Assembly: GCA_945902735.1 (NCBI GenBank)
Contig: CAMDNF010000004.1
Coordinates: 1-53,048 of the forward strand
Length of the DNA: 53,048 bases
DNA from: Rhizobium sp. Q54
Lineage (GTDB): Bacteria > Pseudomonadota > Alphaproteobacteria > UBA828
Direction: 5' to 3'
Within the stretch, counting starts at the first letter, position 1; each line of letters begins with the position of its first letter. Positions 40,946 to 53,048 of this stretch are shown here, one piece after another. The notes under the pieces are model-generated. The model did not search any database, had not been told where the DNA came from, and was given only the letters and a program-made list of their open reading frames with translations. Both the position numbers and the translations under genes were made by a program.

Positions 40946-40981
40946 ACCGCGCATCGGGCTTGGCGCAAAGGAACACGGATC

Positions 40982-43035
<2,054 letters not shown>

Positions 43036-43082
43036 CTGGCAGGAAAATGGTCCAGGCGCGGTCGTTAGGTAGGGCTTTGCAG

Positions 43083-43110
43083 TTGAACCCAGGCGGCACG
43101 GTGCTATAAG
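43083..43110 (+). promoter_or_regulatory. Candidate promoter for sucCDAB
   Basis: TTGAAC (43083-43088), 16 nt, TATAAG (43105-43110), about 40 nt before sucC. Confidence 0.45.
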
Positions 43111-43149
43111 TCGCGCGGCTCTCACGGCCAGGCTCACGCACATCAACCG

Positions 43150-44322
43150 ATGAACATCCACGAATATCAAGCGAAGCGCCTGCTGTCAGGCTTTGGCGTT
43201 CCCGTTCCGCATGGCGCGGTCGCGCTCGATCCCTCGGGCATTGCGGCGGCCATCAAAGAGGCGGCCGGCCCGGTCTGGGTGGTCAAGGCCCAAATCCACG
43301 CCGGCGGGCGCGGCAAGGCCGGCGGGGTCAAAGTTTGCAAATCGGCCGAGGATGCGGCGCGCGAGGCCAAGGCCATGTTTGGCCGCACGCTCGTCACGCC
43401 GCAAACCGGCCCGGCCGGCAAAGTGGTCAACCGCGTCTATATCGAGCGCGGCAGCGATATCGCCCGCGAGCTCTATTGCGGCATGGTGGTCGATCGCGGC
43501 ACGGGCCGCGTCGCCATCATGGCGTCAACCGAGGGCGGCGTTGAGATCGAACAAGTCGCCCATGACACGCCCGAAAAAATCGTCACGGTCACCATCGATC
43601 CGGCCAGCGGCTTCCAAGCCTTCCACGCGAGAAAACTCGCCTTCAGCCTCGGCCTTCAAGGCGACGCGCTGAAACAGGCGCCGAGCTTCTTCCGCGCGCT
43701 CTACACCGCCTTCACGCAATCCGACGCCAGCCTGATGGAAATCAACCCGCTGGTGGTTACCAAGGCGGGCGCGCTGATCGCGCTCGATGCCAAGCTCAAT
43801 TTCGATAGCAATGCGCTATATCGCCACAAAGAGATCGTCGAGCTGCGCGATGAGAGCGAAGAAGACCCCATGGAGCTCGAGGCCTCGCGCCATGAGCTCA
43901 ATTACATCAAGCTCGATGGCGATATCGGCTGCATGGTCAATGGCGCGGGCCTCGCTATGGCGACCATGGATATCATCCAGCTCAATGGCAGCGCGCCGGC
44001 CAATTTCCTCGATGTTGGCGGCGGCGCCACCCGCGAGCGCGTGATCGCCGCGCTCAAGATCATTCTGAGCGATCCCAATGTGAAGGGCATCCTGGTCAAT
44101 ATTTTCGGCGGCATCATGCGCTGCGACATCATCGCCGAAGGCATCATCGCGGCGGCGCGCGAGATCGGCATCAAAGTGCCGTTGGTGGTTCGCCTTGCCG
44201 GCACCAATGTGGAGAAGGCGAACGAGCTCTTGGCGAATTCGGGCCTGACCTTGATCGCCGCGAGCGATTTGGGCGATGCCGCCAAGAAGATCGTCAAGGC
44301 AGTCAAGGAAGGACGGGCCTGA
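43150..44322 (+). CDS. sucC: Succinyl-CoA synthetase beta subunit
   Basis: [45 protein letters not shown]. Confidence 0.99.
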   Translation: MNIHEYQAKRLLSGFGVPVPHGAVALDPSGIAAAIKEAAGPVWVVKAQIHAGGRGKAGGVKVCKSAEDAAREAKAMFGRTLVTPQTGPAGKVVNRVYIERGSDIARELYCGMVVDRGTGRVAIMASTEGGVEIEQVAHDTPEKIVTVTIDPASGFQAFHARKLAFSLGLQGDALKQAPSFFRALYTAFTQSDASLMEINPLVVTKAGALIALDAKLNFDSNALYRHKEIVELRDESEEDPMELEASRHELNYIKLDGDIGCMVNGAGLAMATMDIIQLNGSAPANFLDVGGGATRERVIAALKIILSDPNVKGILVNIFGGIMRCDIIAEGIIAAAREIGIKVPLVVRLAGTNVEKANELLANSGLTLIAASDLGDAAKKIVKAVKEGRA

Positions 44323-45197
44323 TGGCGGTCTTGGTCGATTCCAACACCCGCGTCATCTGCCAGGGCTTCACCGGCGCGCAAGGTACGTTCCATTCCGAAC
44401 AAGCGATCGCCTACGGCACCAAAATGGTCGGCGGCGTAACGCCCGGCAAAGGCGGCACCACACATCTCAATCTGCCGGTCTTCGATACGGTCGCCGATGC
44501 GGTGGTCAAAACCGGCGCGACGGCGAGCGTGATTTATGTGCCCGCCGCCTTCGCGGCCGATGCGATTTTGGAAGCGCTCGATGCCGAGCTCGCGCTCATC
44601 GTCTGCATCACCGAAGGCATACCGGTGCTCGACATGGTGCGCGTCAAACGCGCGCTCTCAGGCTCGCGCTCACGCCTGATCGGACCGAACTGCCCCGGCG
44701 TCATCACACCCGGCGCCTGCAAGATTGGCATCATGCCCGGCCATATTCATAAGCGCGGCAAAGTAGGCATTGTTTCGCGCTCGGGCACGCTTACTTATGA
44801 AGCCGTGGCCCAGACCAGCGCGGCGGGGCTCGGCCAGTCGACCTGCATCGGAATTGGCGGCGACCCGGTGAACGGCACCAATTTTGTTGACTGCCTGGCG
44901 CTGTTCCTCGCCGACCAGGAAACAGAAGCCATTGTAATGATTGGAGAAATTGGCGGCTCGGCGGAAGAAGACGGCGCCGCCTTCCTGCGCACGCAAAAAG
45001 TTAAGAAGCCTGTGGTGGGATTCATCGCCGGCCGGACTGCACCACCGGGGCGGCGCATGGGTCATGCTGGGGCCATTATCTCCGGCGGCAAGGGTGATGC
45101 GGGGAGCAAGATCGACGCCATGCGCAGCGCAGGCATCGAGATTGCCGAATCTCCCGCCGCCATCGGCGCGACCATGCTCGCGGTGCTGAAGCGATAG
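44322..45197 (+). CDS. sucD: Succinyl-CoA synthetase alpha subunit
   Basis: [37 protein letters not shown]. Confidence 0.99.
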   Translation: MAVLVDSNTRVICQGFTGAQGTFHSEQAIAYGTKMVGGVTPGKGGTTHLNLPVFDTVADAVVKTGATASVIYVPAAFAADAILEALDAELALIVCITEGIPVLDMVRVKRALSGSRSRLIGPNCPGVITPGACKIGIMPGHIHKRGKVGIVSRSGTLTYEAVAQTSAAGLGQSTCIGIGGDPVNGTNFVDCLALFLADQETEAIVMIGEIGGSAEEDGAAFLRTQKVKKPVVGFIAGRTAPPGRRMGHAGAIISGGKGDAGSKIDAMRSAGIEIAESPAAIGATMLAVLKR

Positions 45198-45238
45198 AAC
45201 GAGGCGCCCCTGCTTCGTTGGGTTACCCGGTCTGGATC

Positions 45239-48058
45239 ATGAACACGAACGATCTTTCTTTTCTCGACGGCTCGAATACGGCCTTCATGGAGGCGATCGA
45301 GGCGCAGTATCGACGCGACCCCGCATCCGTTGAGCCCGCCTGGCGTGAATTTTTCGCCCGCCTCGATGCCGAACCCGAACCCAAAAAAATAAACGGCCAT
45401 GCCAATGGTCACGCGGCGCCAGCGGTTCTCGCGCGGCCCTCGACCGCGCCGAGCACCGGCGAAGTGCCCGAAGCGACGCGCGATTCGATCCGCGCGCTGA
45501 TGTTGGTGCGCGCCTATCGCGTGCGCGGCCATTTGATCGCCTCGCTCGATCCCCTCCAGCTCGAGGGCGAAAAACATCATCCCGAGCTCGACCCCGCCTC
45601 CTACGATTTCACCGAAGCAGACTATGACCGCCCGATTTTTTTCGACGGTGTGCTTGGCTTGAATTGGGCGACGCTGCGCGAGGCGCTCTCGATCTTGAAG
45701 CAAACCTATTGCGCGCGTATCGGCGTTGAGTTCATGCACATTCAGAGCCCCGAGGAAAAGGCCTGGATCCAAAACCACATCGAAGGCTCGCGCAATCGCA
45801 CCGCGCTCTCCCCCGCCGAGAAGCGCGCCATTTTGGCCGATCTCGGCGAGGCCGAAGGCTTCGAGACCTTCCTCGATATCAAATATCGCGGCGCCAAGCG
45901 CTTTTCGCTCGAAGGCTGCGAGCCGGTCATTCCGGGCCTGGAAGCGATCATCCTGCGCGCGTCCGACCTTGGCGTCGAAGAAATCGTGTTCGGCATGTCG
46001 CATCGCGGCCGGCTCAACGTGCTGACCAGCGTGATCGGCAAATCCTACGCCGCCGTCTTTTCCGAGTTTCAAGGCGAGGCCGCGAACCCCGACGATGTGC
46101 AGGGCTCGGGCGACGTCAAATATCATCTCGGCGCCTCGGCCGATCGCGATTTGCCCAATGGCAAGCGCATCCATTTGTCGCTGACGCCTAACCCCTCGCA
46201 CCTCGAAGCGGTCAACCCGGTCGTGCTCGGCCGCGTGCGCGCCAAACAAAATCTGAAGCGCGACACTGAGCGCAAGCGCGTGATGAGCCTCTTGCTGCAT
46301 GGCGATGCCGCCTTTGCCGGCCAAGGCTTGGTCGGCGAAACGCTCGAGCTCTCCGAGCTCAAGGGTTATCGCGTCGGTGGCACCATCCACATCATCGTCA
46401 ACAACCAGATCGGCTTCACCACCAACCCGACCGCCGCGCGCTCATCGCCCTATTCGTCCGACATCGCGAAGGTGGTTCAAGCGCCGATCTTTCACGTCAA
46501 TGGCGATGACCCGGAGGCGGTCGTGCATATCTGCCGACTCGCCACGGAGTTCCGTCAAACCTTCGGCTCCGACGTGGTGCTCGATATCATCGGCTACCGC
46601 CGGCATGGTCATAATGAGGGCGATGAACCGGCCTTCACCCAACCGATCATGTATCGCGCGATCAGGAGCCGCCCGACGCCGCGTCAGCTCTATACCGAGC
46701 AATTGGTCGCGGACGGAACGATCACCGTGCAAGACGCCGACAAAATGGCCGCCGATTTCCGCGCCCGGCTCGACAAAGAGCTCGAAGCTTCGCGCAGCTA
46801 TCAGCCCAACAAGGCCGATTGGCTTGAGGGCGAATGGCGCGGCTTCGAGCCTGGCAATGGCGAATATCGCGCGGGCGAAACCGCCGTCGAGCTCGCCACG
46901 TTGCGCGAGATTGGCGCGGCCATGACCGCGATCCCCGCGGATTTCAAAGCGCATCAGCGTCTCGCTCGCGTGATCGATGAGCGCCGCCAGGCGATTGAAA
47001 GTGGCCAAGGGATCGATTGGGCCACCGGCGAAGCGCTGGCCTTTGGCGCCCTCCTCCTTGAAGGCAAGCGCGTGCGGCTCTCGGGCCAGGATTCGCCGCG
47101 CGGCACGTTCTCGCAACGCCACGCCGCACTGATCGACCAGGAAACCGAGGCGCGTCACGTCTCGCTCAACCATATCCGCCCCGGCGCCCAAGCCGATTTC
47201 GAGGCGATTGATTCATGCCTGTCGGAAGCCGGCGTGCTCGGCTTCGAATATGGCTATTCGCTCTCCGACCCCAACACGCTGGTGCTGTGGGAAGCGCAGT
47301 TCGGCGATTTTGCCAATGGCGCGCAGGTCATCATCGATCAATTCATCGTGCCGGGCGAAAGCAAATGGCTCCGCATGTCGGGCCTCGTGATGTTGCTGCC
47401 GCACGGCTATGAGGGCCAGGGCCCCGAGCACTCCTCGGCGCGGCTTGAGCGCTATTTGCAGCTCGCGGCCGAGCAGAATATTCAAGTCGTCAATTGCACG
47501 ACGCCGGCTTCGTTTTTTCACGTTCTGCGCCGGCAGATGAAGCGGAACTTCCGCAAACCGCTCATCGCCATGACTCCAAAATCGCTGCTGCGTCATAAGC
47601 TCTGCGTCTCGCCGCTGGCCGATTTCGGCCCTGGCACGGTGTTTCACCGTGTGCTCGGCGAAACCCAGCAAATAGCGGCGCCCGACAAAGTGCGCCGCGT
47701 CGTGCTATGCACCGGCAAAATCTATTACGACCTGTTGGAAACGCGCACCACCCGCAAGATCGATGACGTCGCGTTGATCCGGCTCGAGCAGATCGCGCCG
47801 TTCCCGAACAAAAGCCTGACCGTCGAACTCGCCAAATATCCCAAGGCCGACGTGGTCTGGTGCCAGGAAGAACCCCGCAATATGGGCGCCTTCACCTATG
47901 TCGACCGCCGCATTGAAGACGTGCTCGCCGCTCTGTCGATCACGGCGAAGCGCGCGCACTATGTCGGCCGGCCTGAATCGGCTTCGCCGGCGACCGGTTT
48001 CCTGAAGGTTCATATCCGTCAACAAGAAGCGCTGGTGACCGAAGCGCTTGTCGCCTGA
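45239..48058 (+). CDS. sucA: 2-oxoglutarate dehydrogenase E1
   Basis: GMSHRGRLN, GDVKYHLG, NPSHLE, HGDAAFAGQG, HGHNEGD, WEAQFGDFAN, HGYEGQGPEHSS; start approximate. Confidence 0.98.
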   Translation: MNTNDLSFLDGSNTAFMEAIEAQYRRDPASVEPAWREFFARLDAEPEPKKINGHANGHAAPAVLARPSTAPSTGEVPEATRDSIRALMLVRAYRVRGHLIASLDPLQLEGEKHHPELDPASYDFTEADYDRPIFFDGVLGLNWATLREALSILKQTYCARIGVEFMHIQSPEEKAWIQNHIEGSRNRTALSPAEKRAILADLGEAEGFETFLDIKYRGAKRFSLEGCEPVIPGLEAIILRASDLGVEEIVFGMSHRGRLNVLTSVIGKSYAAVFSEFQGEAANPDDVQGSGDVKYHLGASADRDLPNGKRIHLSLTPNPSHLEAVNPVVLGRVRAKQNLKRDTERKRVMSLLLHGDAAFAGQGLVGETLELSELKGYRVGGTIHIIVNNQIGFTTNPTAARSSPYSSDIAKVVQAPIFHVNGDDPEAVVHICRLATEFRQTFGSDVVLDIIGYRRHGHNEGDEPAFTQPIMYRAIRSRPTPRQLYTEQLVADGTITVQDADKMAADFRARLDKELEASRSYQPNKADWLEGEWRGFEPGNGEYRAGETAVELATLREIGAAMTAIPADFKAHQRLARVIDERRQAIESGQGIDWATGEALAFGALLLEGKRVRLSGQDSPRGTFSQRHAALIDQETEARHVSLNHIRPGAQADFEAIDSCLSEAGVLGFEYGYSLSDPNTLVLWEAQFGDFANGAQVIIDQFIVPGESKWLRMSGLVMLLPHGYEGQGPEHSSARLERYLQLAAEQNIQVVNCTTPASFFHVLRRQMKRNFRKPLIAMTPKSLLRHKLCVSPLADFGPGTVFHRVLGETQQIAAPDKVRRVVLCTGKIYYDLLETRTTRKIDDVALIRLEQIAPFPNKSLTVELAKYPKADVVWCQEEPRNMGAFTYVDRRIEDVLAALSITAKRAHYVGRPESASPATGFLKVHIRQQEALVTEALVA

Positions 48059-48076
48059 GCATTGGAGCACGAAGCG

Positions 48077-49423
48077 ATGTCGACCGAGATACGCGTTCCC
48101 ACCCTTGGCGAATCGGTGACCGAAGCCACCGTCGCCCGCTGGCTCAAGGCAGTTGGCGATATGGTCAAGCGCGACGAGGCCGTGCTCGAGCTTGAGACCG
48201 ATAAGATCTCGCTCGAAATCACCGCGACTGAGGCGGGCAAACTCACCGAGCAAACCGTCAAACAGGGCGATACGGTCGAAGTCGGTGCCATATTGGGACG
48301 CATTGTGGAAGGCGCCACCGGCGCCGCCGCACCCGCACCAGCCGCCGCACCCGCGCCAATTGCAAAGCCTGCGGCCGCCGCCACTGCCCCCAGCGTCAAA
48401 CCCAATGGCGCAGGCCACCACGCCCCAACCGCGCCGACCGCCTCGGCAACGGCACCATCGGCTCAAACCGCCGACGACGATCAGGTCATGCTTCCCTCGG
48501 TCCGCAAATTGGTCGAGGAGCATGTGCTCGACCTGCGCAAGATCAAAGGCTCAGGGCCAGGCGGTCGCGTGTTGAAAGGCGATGTCTTGGCCGCGGTCGA
48601 GGCTCGCAAATCAGAGGCCGCGCCGGCCACCGCACCAGCAGCGCCCGCAGCGGCAACCGCTCAGCCCACATCAAGCCCCGCTCCAACGCCGGCGCCAGCC
48701 GCGCCGGTCGCCCGGCCCGATGGCGCGCGTGAAGAGCGTGTTCCCATGTCACGCCTGAGAAAGCGCGTCGCCGAACGCTTGAAACAAGCGCAAAACACCG
48801 CCGCCATGTTGACCACGTTCAACGACGTGGATATGAGCGCGGTAATGGCCGCGCGCGCCGCCTATAAGGAGGCGTTCGAGAAGAAGCACGGCGCCAAACT
48901 CGGCTTCATGTCGTTCTTCGTCAAAGCCTCGATCCAGGCGCTCAAGGAAATTCCGGCGGTCAATGCCGAGATCAGCGGCGAGGACATTGTTTACAAGCAC
49001 TACTACAACATCGGCGTCGCGCTGAGCGCGCCGCAAGGTTTGGTTGTGCCGGTCTTGCGTGACGCCGATCGCATGAACTTCGCCGGCATCGAGAAGGCGA
49101 TCATCGCCTTCGGCCAAAAGGCGCGCGACAACAAACTTGCCATCGATGACCTCACCGGCGGCACCTTCACGATAACGAATGGCGGCATTTTCGGCTCGAT
49201 GCTCTCGACGCCGATCCTCAATCCGCCGCAAGTCGGCATTCTTGGCATGCACAAGATTCAAGAGCGCCCGGTCGCGCTCGACGGCAAGGTCGAGATCCGC
49301 CCGATGATGTATCTCGCGCTCTCTTATGATCATCGCCTGATCGATGGGCGCGAGGCGGTCACCTTCCTCGTGCGCATCAAGGAATGTCTGGAAGATCCGC
49401 AACGCCTGTTGTTGGAGCTATAG
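48077..49423 (+). CDS. sucB: Dihydrolipoyllysine succinyltransferase E2
   Basis: Lipoyl domain LETDK, E3-binding [13 protein letters not shown], catalytic SYDHRLIDG. Confidence 0.98.
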   Translation: MSTEIRVPTLGESVTEATVARWLKAVGDMVKRDEAVLELETDKISLEITATEAGKLTEQTVKQGDTVEVGAILGRIVEGATGAAAPAPAAAPAPIAKPAAAATAPSVKPNGAGHHAPTAPTASATAPSAQTADDDQVMLPSVRKLVEEHVLDLRKIKGSGPGGRVLKGDVLAAVEARKSEAAPATAPAAPAAATAQPTSSPAPTPAPAAPVARPDGAREERVPMSRLRKRVAERLKQAQNTAAMLTTFNDVDMSAVMAARAAYKEAFEKKHGAKLGFMSFFVKASIQALKEIPAVNAEISGEDIVYKHYYNIGVALSAPQGLVVPVLRDADRMNFAGIEKAIIAFGQKARDNKLAIDDLTGGTFTITNGGIFGSMLSTPILNPPQVGILGMHKIQERPVALDGKVEIRPMMYLALSYDHRLIDGREAVTFLVRIKECLEDPQRLLLEL

Positions 49424-49478
49424 GGCCGGTTGCGCGGCAGGCACGCCACAACGTCGTCTGCCGCGACATTTCTTATTT

Positions 49479-49555
49479 CGTCATTGCCGGGCTTGACCCG
49501 GCAATCCAGTCTTCAGATGAGGCCTGGATGCCCGGGTCTTCGCCCGGGCATGACG
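49479..49555. repeat. REP-like family A doublet
   Basis: cgtcattgccgggcttgacccggcaatccag...ctggatgcccgggtcttcgcccgggcatgacg. Confidence 0.88.
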
Positions 49556-49614
49556 ATCGTGAGTAACGACCGGCCAAATTCCAAGGCCGTCAGCGTGGAC
49601 GACGGGAGCTTACA

Positions 49615-51024
49615 ATGACCGACAATGCTTTCGATGTGGTGGTGATTGGCGCGGGGCCGGGCGGTTATGTCGCCGCTATTCGCGCCGCGCAACTCGGGCT
49701 CAAAACCGCCTGCGTTGAAAAAGACAAATCGCTCGGCGGCACGTGTCTGAACGTCGGCTGCATTCCCTCGAAGGCGTTGTTGCACACCACCGAGGCCGTG
49801 GCCCACGCCCGTGGTGATTACGCCAAATACGGTATCAAATTCGCCAGCCTAAGCGTCGATCTCGGCATCATGATGGCGCACAAGGCCAGTGTGGTTGACA
49901 CGCTGACCAAGGGCATCGCCCAACTCTTCAAGAAGAACAATGTGACGCACTTGGCCGGCATCGGCAGCATCGCCAAGCCCGGCGAAGTTCTGGTCACCGG
50001 CGCCGATGGCTCGTCGAAAGCCATCGCTGCGCGCCACATCATAATTGCGACCGGCAGTGAGGTTGTCTCGCTGCCCGGCATCGCAATCGATGAGACGCGC
50101 ATTGTGTCCTCAACCGGCGCGCTCTCTTTGAGCGCAGTCCCGAAAAAATTGATCGTGATCGGCGGCGGCTATATCGGGCTTGAGATGGGCTCGGTCTGGC
50201 GTCGGCTCGGCGCCGAGGTCGAGGTGGTCGAATTTCTCGATTGCATCGTGCCCGGCATGGATGGCGAGATCACCAAATTGTTCCAGCGCGCGCTGATGAA
50301 ACAGGGCTTCAAATTTCGCCTCGGCACAAAAGTGACGAGCGCCAAAGCCAATGACGACGGTGTTGCGATCACGATCGAGCCGGTCAAAGGCGGCGCGGCG
50401 GAAACCTTGAATGCCGATATCGTGTTGGTCGCGGCCGGGCGGCGTGCCTATACCAAAGGCCTTGGGCTCGAAGCCTTAGGCGCGGCGCTCGACAAAATGG
50501 GCCGCGTCGAGGTCGATGAACATTTCCAAACCAAGATCGCCGGCATCTATGCGATTGGCGATGCCATTCGCGGGCCGATGCTCGCCCACAAGGCCGAGGA
50601 CGAGGGCGTCGCGGTCGCCGAAATCATCGCCGGCCAAAAGCCGCATATCAATTATGACGCGATACCGGGCGTGGTTTACACCGCGCCTGAAGTCGCCTCG
50701 GTCGGCAAGACCGAAGAGCAACTCAAAGAGGCCGGCATCGCTTTTCGCGCCGGTTCTTTCCCCTATCTCGCCAATGGCCGCGCGCGTGCGATGGCGGCGA
50801 CCGACGGCATGGTCAAAATTTTGGCCGACGCCAAGACCGATCGTATTCTAGGCGTGCACATTCTGGGTGCCGAAGCCGGCACCATGATCGCCGAGGCCGT
50901 GCTCGCGATCGAGATCGGCGCCTCCGCCGAAGACATCGCGCGCACCAGCCACGCGCACCCGACGCTTTCCGAAATCATGAAGGAAGCGGCGCTAGCCGTC
51001 GACAAAAGAGCGATCCACATCTGA
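49615..51024 (+). CDS. lpdA: Dihydrolipoamide dehydrogenase E3
   Basis: IGAGPGG, GGTCLNVGCIPSK, IGGGYIG, MLAHKAE, HAHPTLSE. Confidence 0.98.
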   Translation: MTDNAFDVVVIGAGPGGYVAAIRAAQLGLKTACVEKDKSLGGTCLNVGCIPSKALLHTTEAVAHARGDYAKYGIKFASLSVDLGIMMAHKASVVDTLTKGIAQLFKKNNVTHLAGIGSIAKPGEVLVTGADGSSKAIAARHIIIATGSEVVSLPGIAIDETRIVSSTGALSLSAVPKKLIVIGGGYIGLEMGSVWRRLGAEVEVVEFLDCIVPGMDGEITKLFQRALMKQGFKFRLGTKVTSAKANDDGVAITIEPVKGGAAETLNADIVLVAAGRRAYTKGLGLEALGAALDKMGRVEVDEHFQTKIAGIYAIGDAIRGPMLAHKAEDEGVAVAEIIAGQKPHINYDAIPGVVYTAPEVASVGKTEEQLKEAGIAFRAGSFPYLANGRARAMAATDGMVKILADAKTDRILGVHILGAEAGTMIAEAVLAIEIGASAEDIARTSHAHPTLSEIMKEAALAVDKRAIHI

Positions 51025-51038
51025 CGAAGCCTTGCCGC

Positions 51039-52322
51039 TCAAGCCGCGGACGGGTTCTCTCTGGTCTTCGCCCTCGGATGCGCCTTGAGGTATTGCGCGC
51101 GCATTCCCTCATCCGCGACGCCGGTATAACGCTGCGTGGTTGAGAGCGAGGCATGGCCCAATAATTCCTGGATCGTGCGCAAATCGCCGCCGCCCGAAAG
51201 CAGATGCGTCGCGAAACTATGGCGCAGCGCGTGCGGCGTCGCGCTATCGGGCAGACCGAGCGACTGACGTAAACGCGCCATCAAGGCTTGCACGGCACGC
51301 GGGCTAAGCGTCCTCCCTTGCACACCGACGAAGATCGGATCATGGGCGCCGATGGCCTGCGGGCAGGCGGCGAGATAATCGGCGAGCGCCTCGCGCACGA
51401 TCGGCAACACCGGCACCGCGCGCTCCTTATTGCCCTTGCCGCGCACGATCAGCGTAGCGACGCGCGTGCTTGTATCAGCCACACCCCTCACCCGCTCCCC
51501 TTGGGCCTTCGCCCAAGGCTCGCCTCCCTCTCCCCCAAGGGGAGAGGGGTCAAGGGAAGTTGGCCCCGCGCCTTCCCTTCTTTCCTCCTCTCCCCTTGGG
51601 GGAGAGGGAGGCGGGCGAAGCCCGCGGGGTGGGGTGTCGAGAGAAGGCGGCCGCGAGTCTGAGGTTTTCGTCTCATCTCCCCCGTGGGACGAGAGCAACG
51701 CCGCCGCGCCGATCTTTTTTCCTGCCCCCTCTCCCCTCGGGGGAGAGGGAGGGGTGAGGGGTGTCGAACGGATTGGTGAGGGGTCGGAACCGATCAACCG
51801 CTCGATATCATTACGGCGGAGAGACAGCGCCTCGCCGAGCCGGAGCCCACTGCCATAGAGCAACAGCAACACGGCCGTGTCGCGCTTCGCGATCCAGGCG
51901 GGCGCACGCGGATCCTCCAAATCATGCACCGCCTCAACCGTCGCGCGTGCGTCATGCACGCTCAAGGGGCGCGGCAACACGCGCGGCAGCTTCGGCCCGC
52001 GCAAGGTAGCGACGGCCGAATTGCCGGCCAGATTATTGCGCTCGAGATGGCGGAAAAAACCGCGCAGCGCTGAAAGCGCGCGCGCGTTGGACGATTTCGC
52101 CAAACCACCTGTCACGCGGTGTGCCAAATAGGCGCGGAAATCGCTGACTTTAAGCGCGCTCAAACTCGTGAGCGTCGGCGCCGCGCCAACATGATCGGTC
52201 ACGAACGCAAGAAACGCCGCGAGATCGCGCTGATAGGCGCTGAGCGTATGGCTTGAGGCGCGTCGTTCATGCGCAAGCCAACGCCGCCAGGACTCGATCG
52301 CGGCGGCAAGCGCTTGGTCCAT
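51039..52322 (-). CDS. xerC: Tyrosine recombinase XerC with an in-frame repeat-derived insertion of about 105 aa
   Basis: SAM-like N-domain (HTLSAYQRDL); catalytic R161 (YGSGLR), K296 (GKGNK), H364/R367 (PHALRHSFATH), H390 (LGH), Y399; located among core genes. Confidence 0.85.
   Translation of the reverse strand: MDQALAAAIESWRRWLAHERRASSHTLSAYQRDLAAFLAFVTDHVGAAPTLTSLSALKVSDFRAYLAHRVTGGLAKSSNARALSALRGFFRHLERNNLAGNSAVATLRGPKLPRVLPRPLSVHDARATVEAVHDLEDPRAPAWIAKRDTAVLLLLYGSGLRLGEALSLRRNDIERLIGSDPSPIRSTPLTPPSPPRGEGAGKKIGAAALLSSHGGDETKTSDSRPPSLDTPPRGLRPPPSPPRGEEERREGAGPTSLDPSPLGGEGGEPWAKAQGERVRGVADTSTRVATLIVRGKGNKERAVPVLPIVREALADYLAACPQAIGAHDPIFVGVQGRTLSPRAVQALMARLRQSLGLPDSATPHALRHSFATHLLSGGGDLRTIQELLGHASLSTTQRYTGVADEGMRAQYLKAHPRAKTRENPSAA
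51481..51785. repeat. Cluster of family C palindromes inside xerC
   Basis: Units at about 51481-51550, 51586-51637, 51672-51695 (degenerate) and 51726-51763, plus a half-unit at 51776-51785; outer acacccctcaccc / gggtgaggggtgt inverted repeat. Confidence 0.9.
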
Positions 52323-52326
52323 CGTG

Positions 52327-52992
52327 TCAGGGGGCCAAAATCGTCTGCCCGGTCTTGGCCCAATCCGCCAGGAACGCGGCGAGGCCCTTATCGGTCAAGG
52401 GATGCGTCACGAGCTTCTTCATCACATCGGGCGGAATGGTCGCGACATGCGCGCCAAGCTTCGCCGCTTGCAACAGATGAATCGGATGGCGGATCGAAGC
52501 GACCAACACTTCGGTCTGAATCGTATCGGGGTAGTTGCGATAGATCGTGCAAATGTCGGCGATCAATTGCATGCCGTCTTGGCCGATATCGTCGAGCCGC
52601 CCGACAAAGGGCGAGATGAACGACGCGCCCGCTTTGGCCGCGAGCAACGCCTGCGTGCCTGAAAAACAGAGCGTGACATTGACCTTGGAGCCCCCTTGGC
52701 TGAGCGCGCGGCAGGCCTTCAGGCCATCCCAGGTCAGCGGCACCTTGACCGCGACATTCTTGGCGATGGCGGCAAGCTTCTTGCCCTCGGCGATCATCTG
52801 ATCGGCCTGCGTCGCGGTCACCTCGGCCGAGACCGGGCCCGGCACCAGCGCGCAAATTTTCGCGATCGTGTCGAAAAAATTACCGCCCGATTTCGCAATG
52901 AGGCTCGGATTGGTGGTCACACCATCCAACAACCCCGTCGCCGCGAGCTCTTTGATCTCGCCAACATCCGCCGTATCAACGAAAAACTTCAT
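52327..52992 (-). CDS. tal: Transaldolase, small family (often annotated fsa/tal)
   Basis: [20 protein letters not shown] (Glu), Schiff-base [15 protein letters not shown] (Phe); the Glu/Phe pair fits transaldolase rather than FSA activity. Confidence 0.9.
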   Translation of the reverse strand: MKFFVDTADVGEIKELAATGLLDGVTTNPSLIAKSGGNFFDTIAKICALVPGPVSAEVTATQADQMIAEGKKLAAIAKNVAVKVPLTWDGLKACRALSQGGSKVNVTLCFSGTQALLAAKAGASFISPFVGRLDDIGQDGMQLIADICTIYRNYPDTIQTEVLVASIRHPIHLLQAAKLGAHVATIPPDVMKKLVTHPLTDKGLAAFLADWAKTGQTILAP

Positions 52993-53048
52993 TGTATTTT
53001 CTGCTCCTTTGCCACCGCCGCCATGGCCCGGTAACTCACCCCCCCCCC

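Noticed and set aside
48310-48720. Ala/Pro-rich low-complexity stretches in sucB (and the rpsP tail)
   Set aside because: These are normal flexible linkers of E2 subunits and common alphaproteobacterial S16 extensions.
51460-51800. XerC insertion as an intein or intron
   Set aside because: No Cys/Ser start with His-Asn end followed by Cys/Ser/Thr, no intein blocks, no group I/II hallmarks seen; the sequence is explained by family C repeats.
51039-52322. Tyrosine recombinase as a prophage or island integrase
   Set aside because: It lies between core genes (lpdA, tal) with no tRNA, att-like duplication or phage genes, and has XerC-type motifs.
52989-53024. 11-codon uORF ([11 protein letters not shown]) overlapping the tal start by ATGA
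   Set aside because: The frame is open to the window edge, so it may be the tail of something upstream, and tal has its own AAGGAG SD.
53039-53048. C10 homopolymer following CTCA at the right edge
   Set aside because: It could be the start of another family C unit or a slippage tract, but it is truncated by the window and cannot be interpreted.

Overview
A GC-rich alphaproteobacterial core-chromosome window, probably Rhodospirillales-like (inferred from gene order and protein style, not from a database search). It is almost entirely housekeeping. In order: rpmH-rnpA-yidD-yidC-engB-argB; a reverse EAL/GGDEF/DUF2336 c-di-GMP cluster; HAD-dapD-dapE; a Yej-type peptide ABC transporter with two binding proteins; a soluble hybrid histidine kinase; a NUDIX hydrolase; dapF-mtaB-ftsY; an orphan Phd/YefM-type antitoxin; ffh-rpsP-rimM-trmD-rplS; leuCDB-asd; two TPR-glycosyltransferases; sdhCDAB-mdh-sucCDAB-lpdA; xerC; transaldolase. 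I saw no rRNA, tRNA, CRISPR array, transposase or prophage. The most unusual signal is a set of short palindromic REP-like repeats: three families with several copies each, plus a fourth hairpin nested inside one of them. They mostly occupy gene junctions, but one family has entered coding sequence. A cluster of about 300 bp lies in frame inside the catalytic domain of XerC, adding about 105 aa with all six catalytic residues intact, and another copy supplies the C-terminus of MtaB. Other items worth follow-up are a 112-aa basic YidC tail overlapping engB by 88 nt, a structured terminator-like ffh leader, a 26-codon ORF bridging ffh and rpsP through two ATGA overlaps, a CtrA-like box upstream of the hybrid kinase, and three probable leaderless genes. 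All coordinates and counts were made by hand; repeat boundaries are approximate to a few bases.
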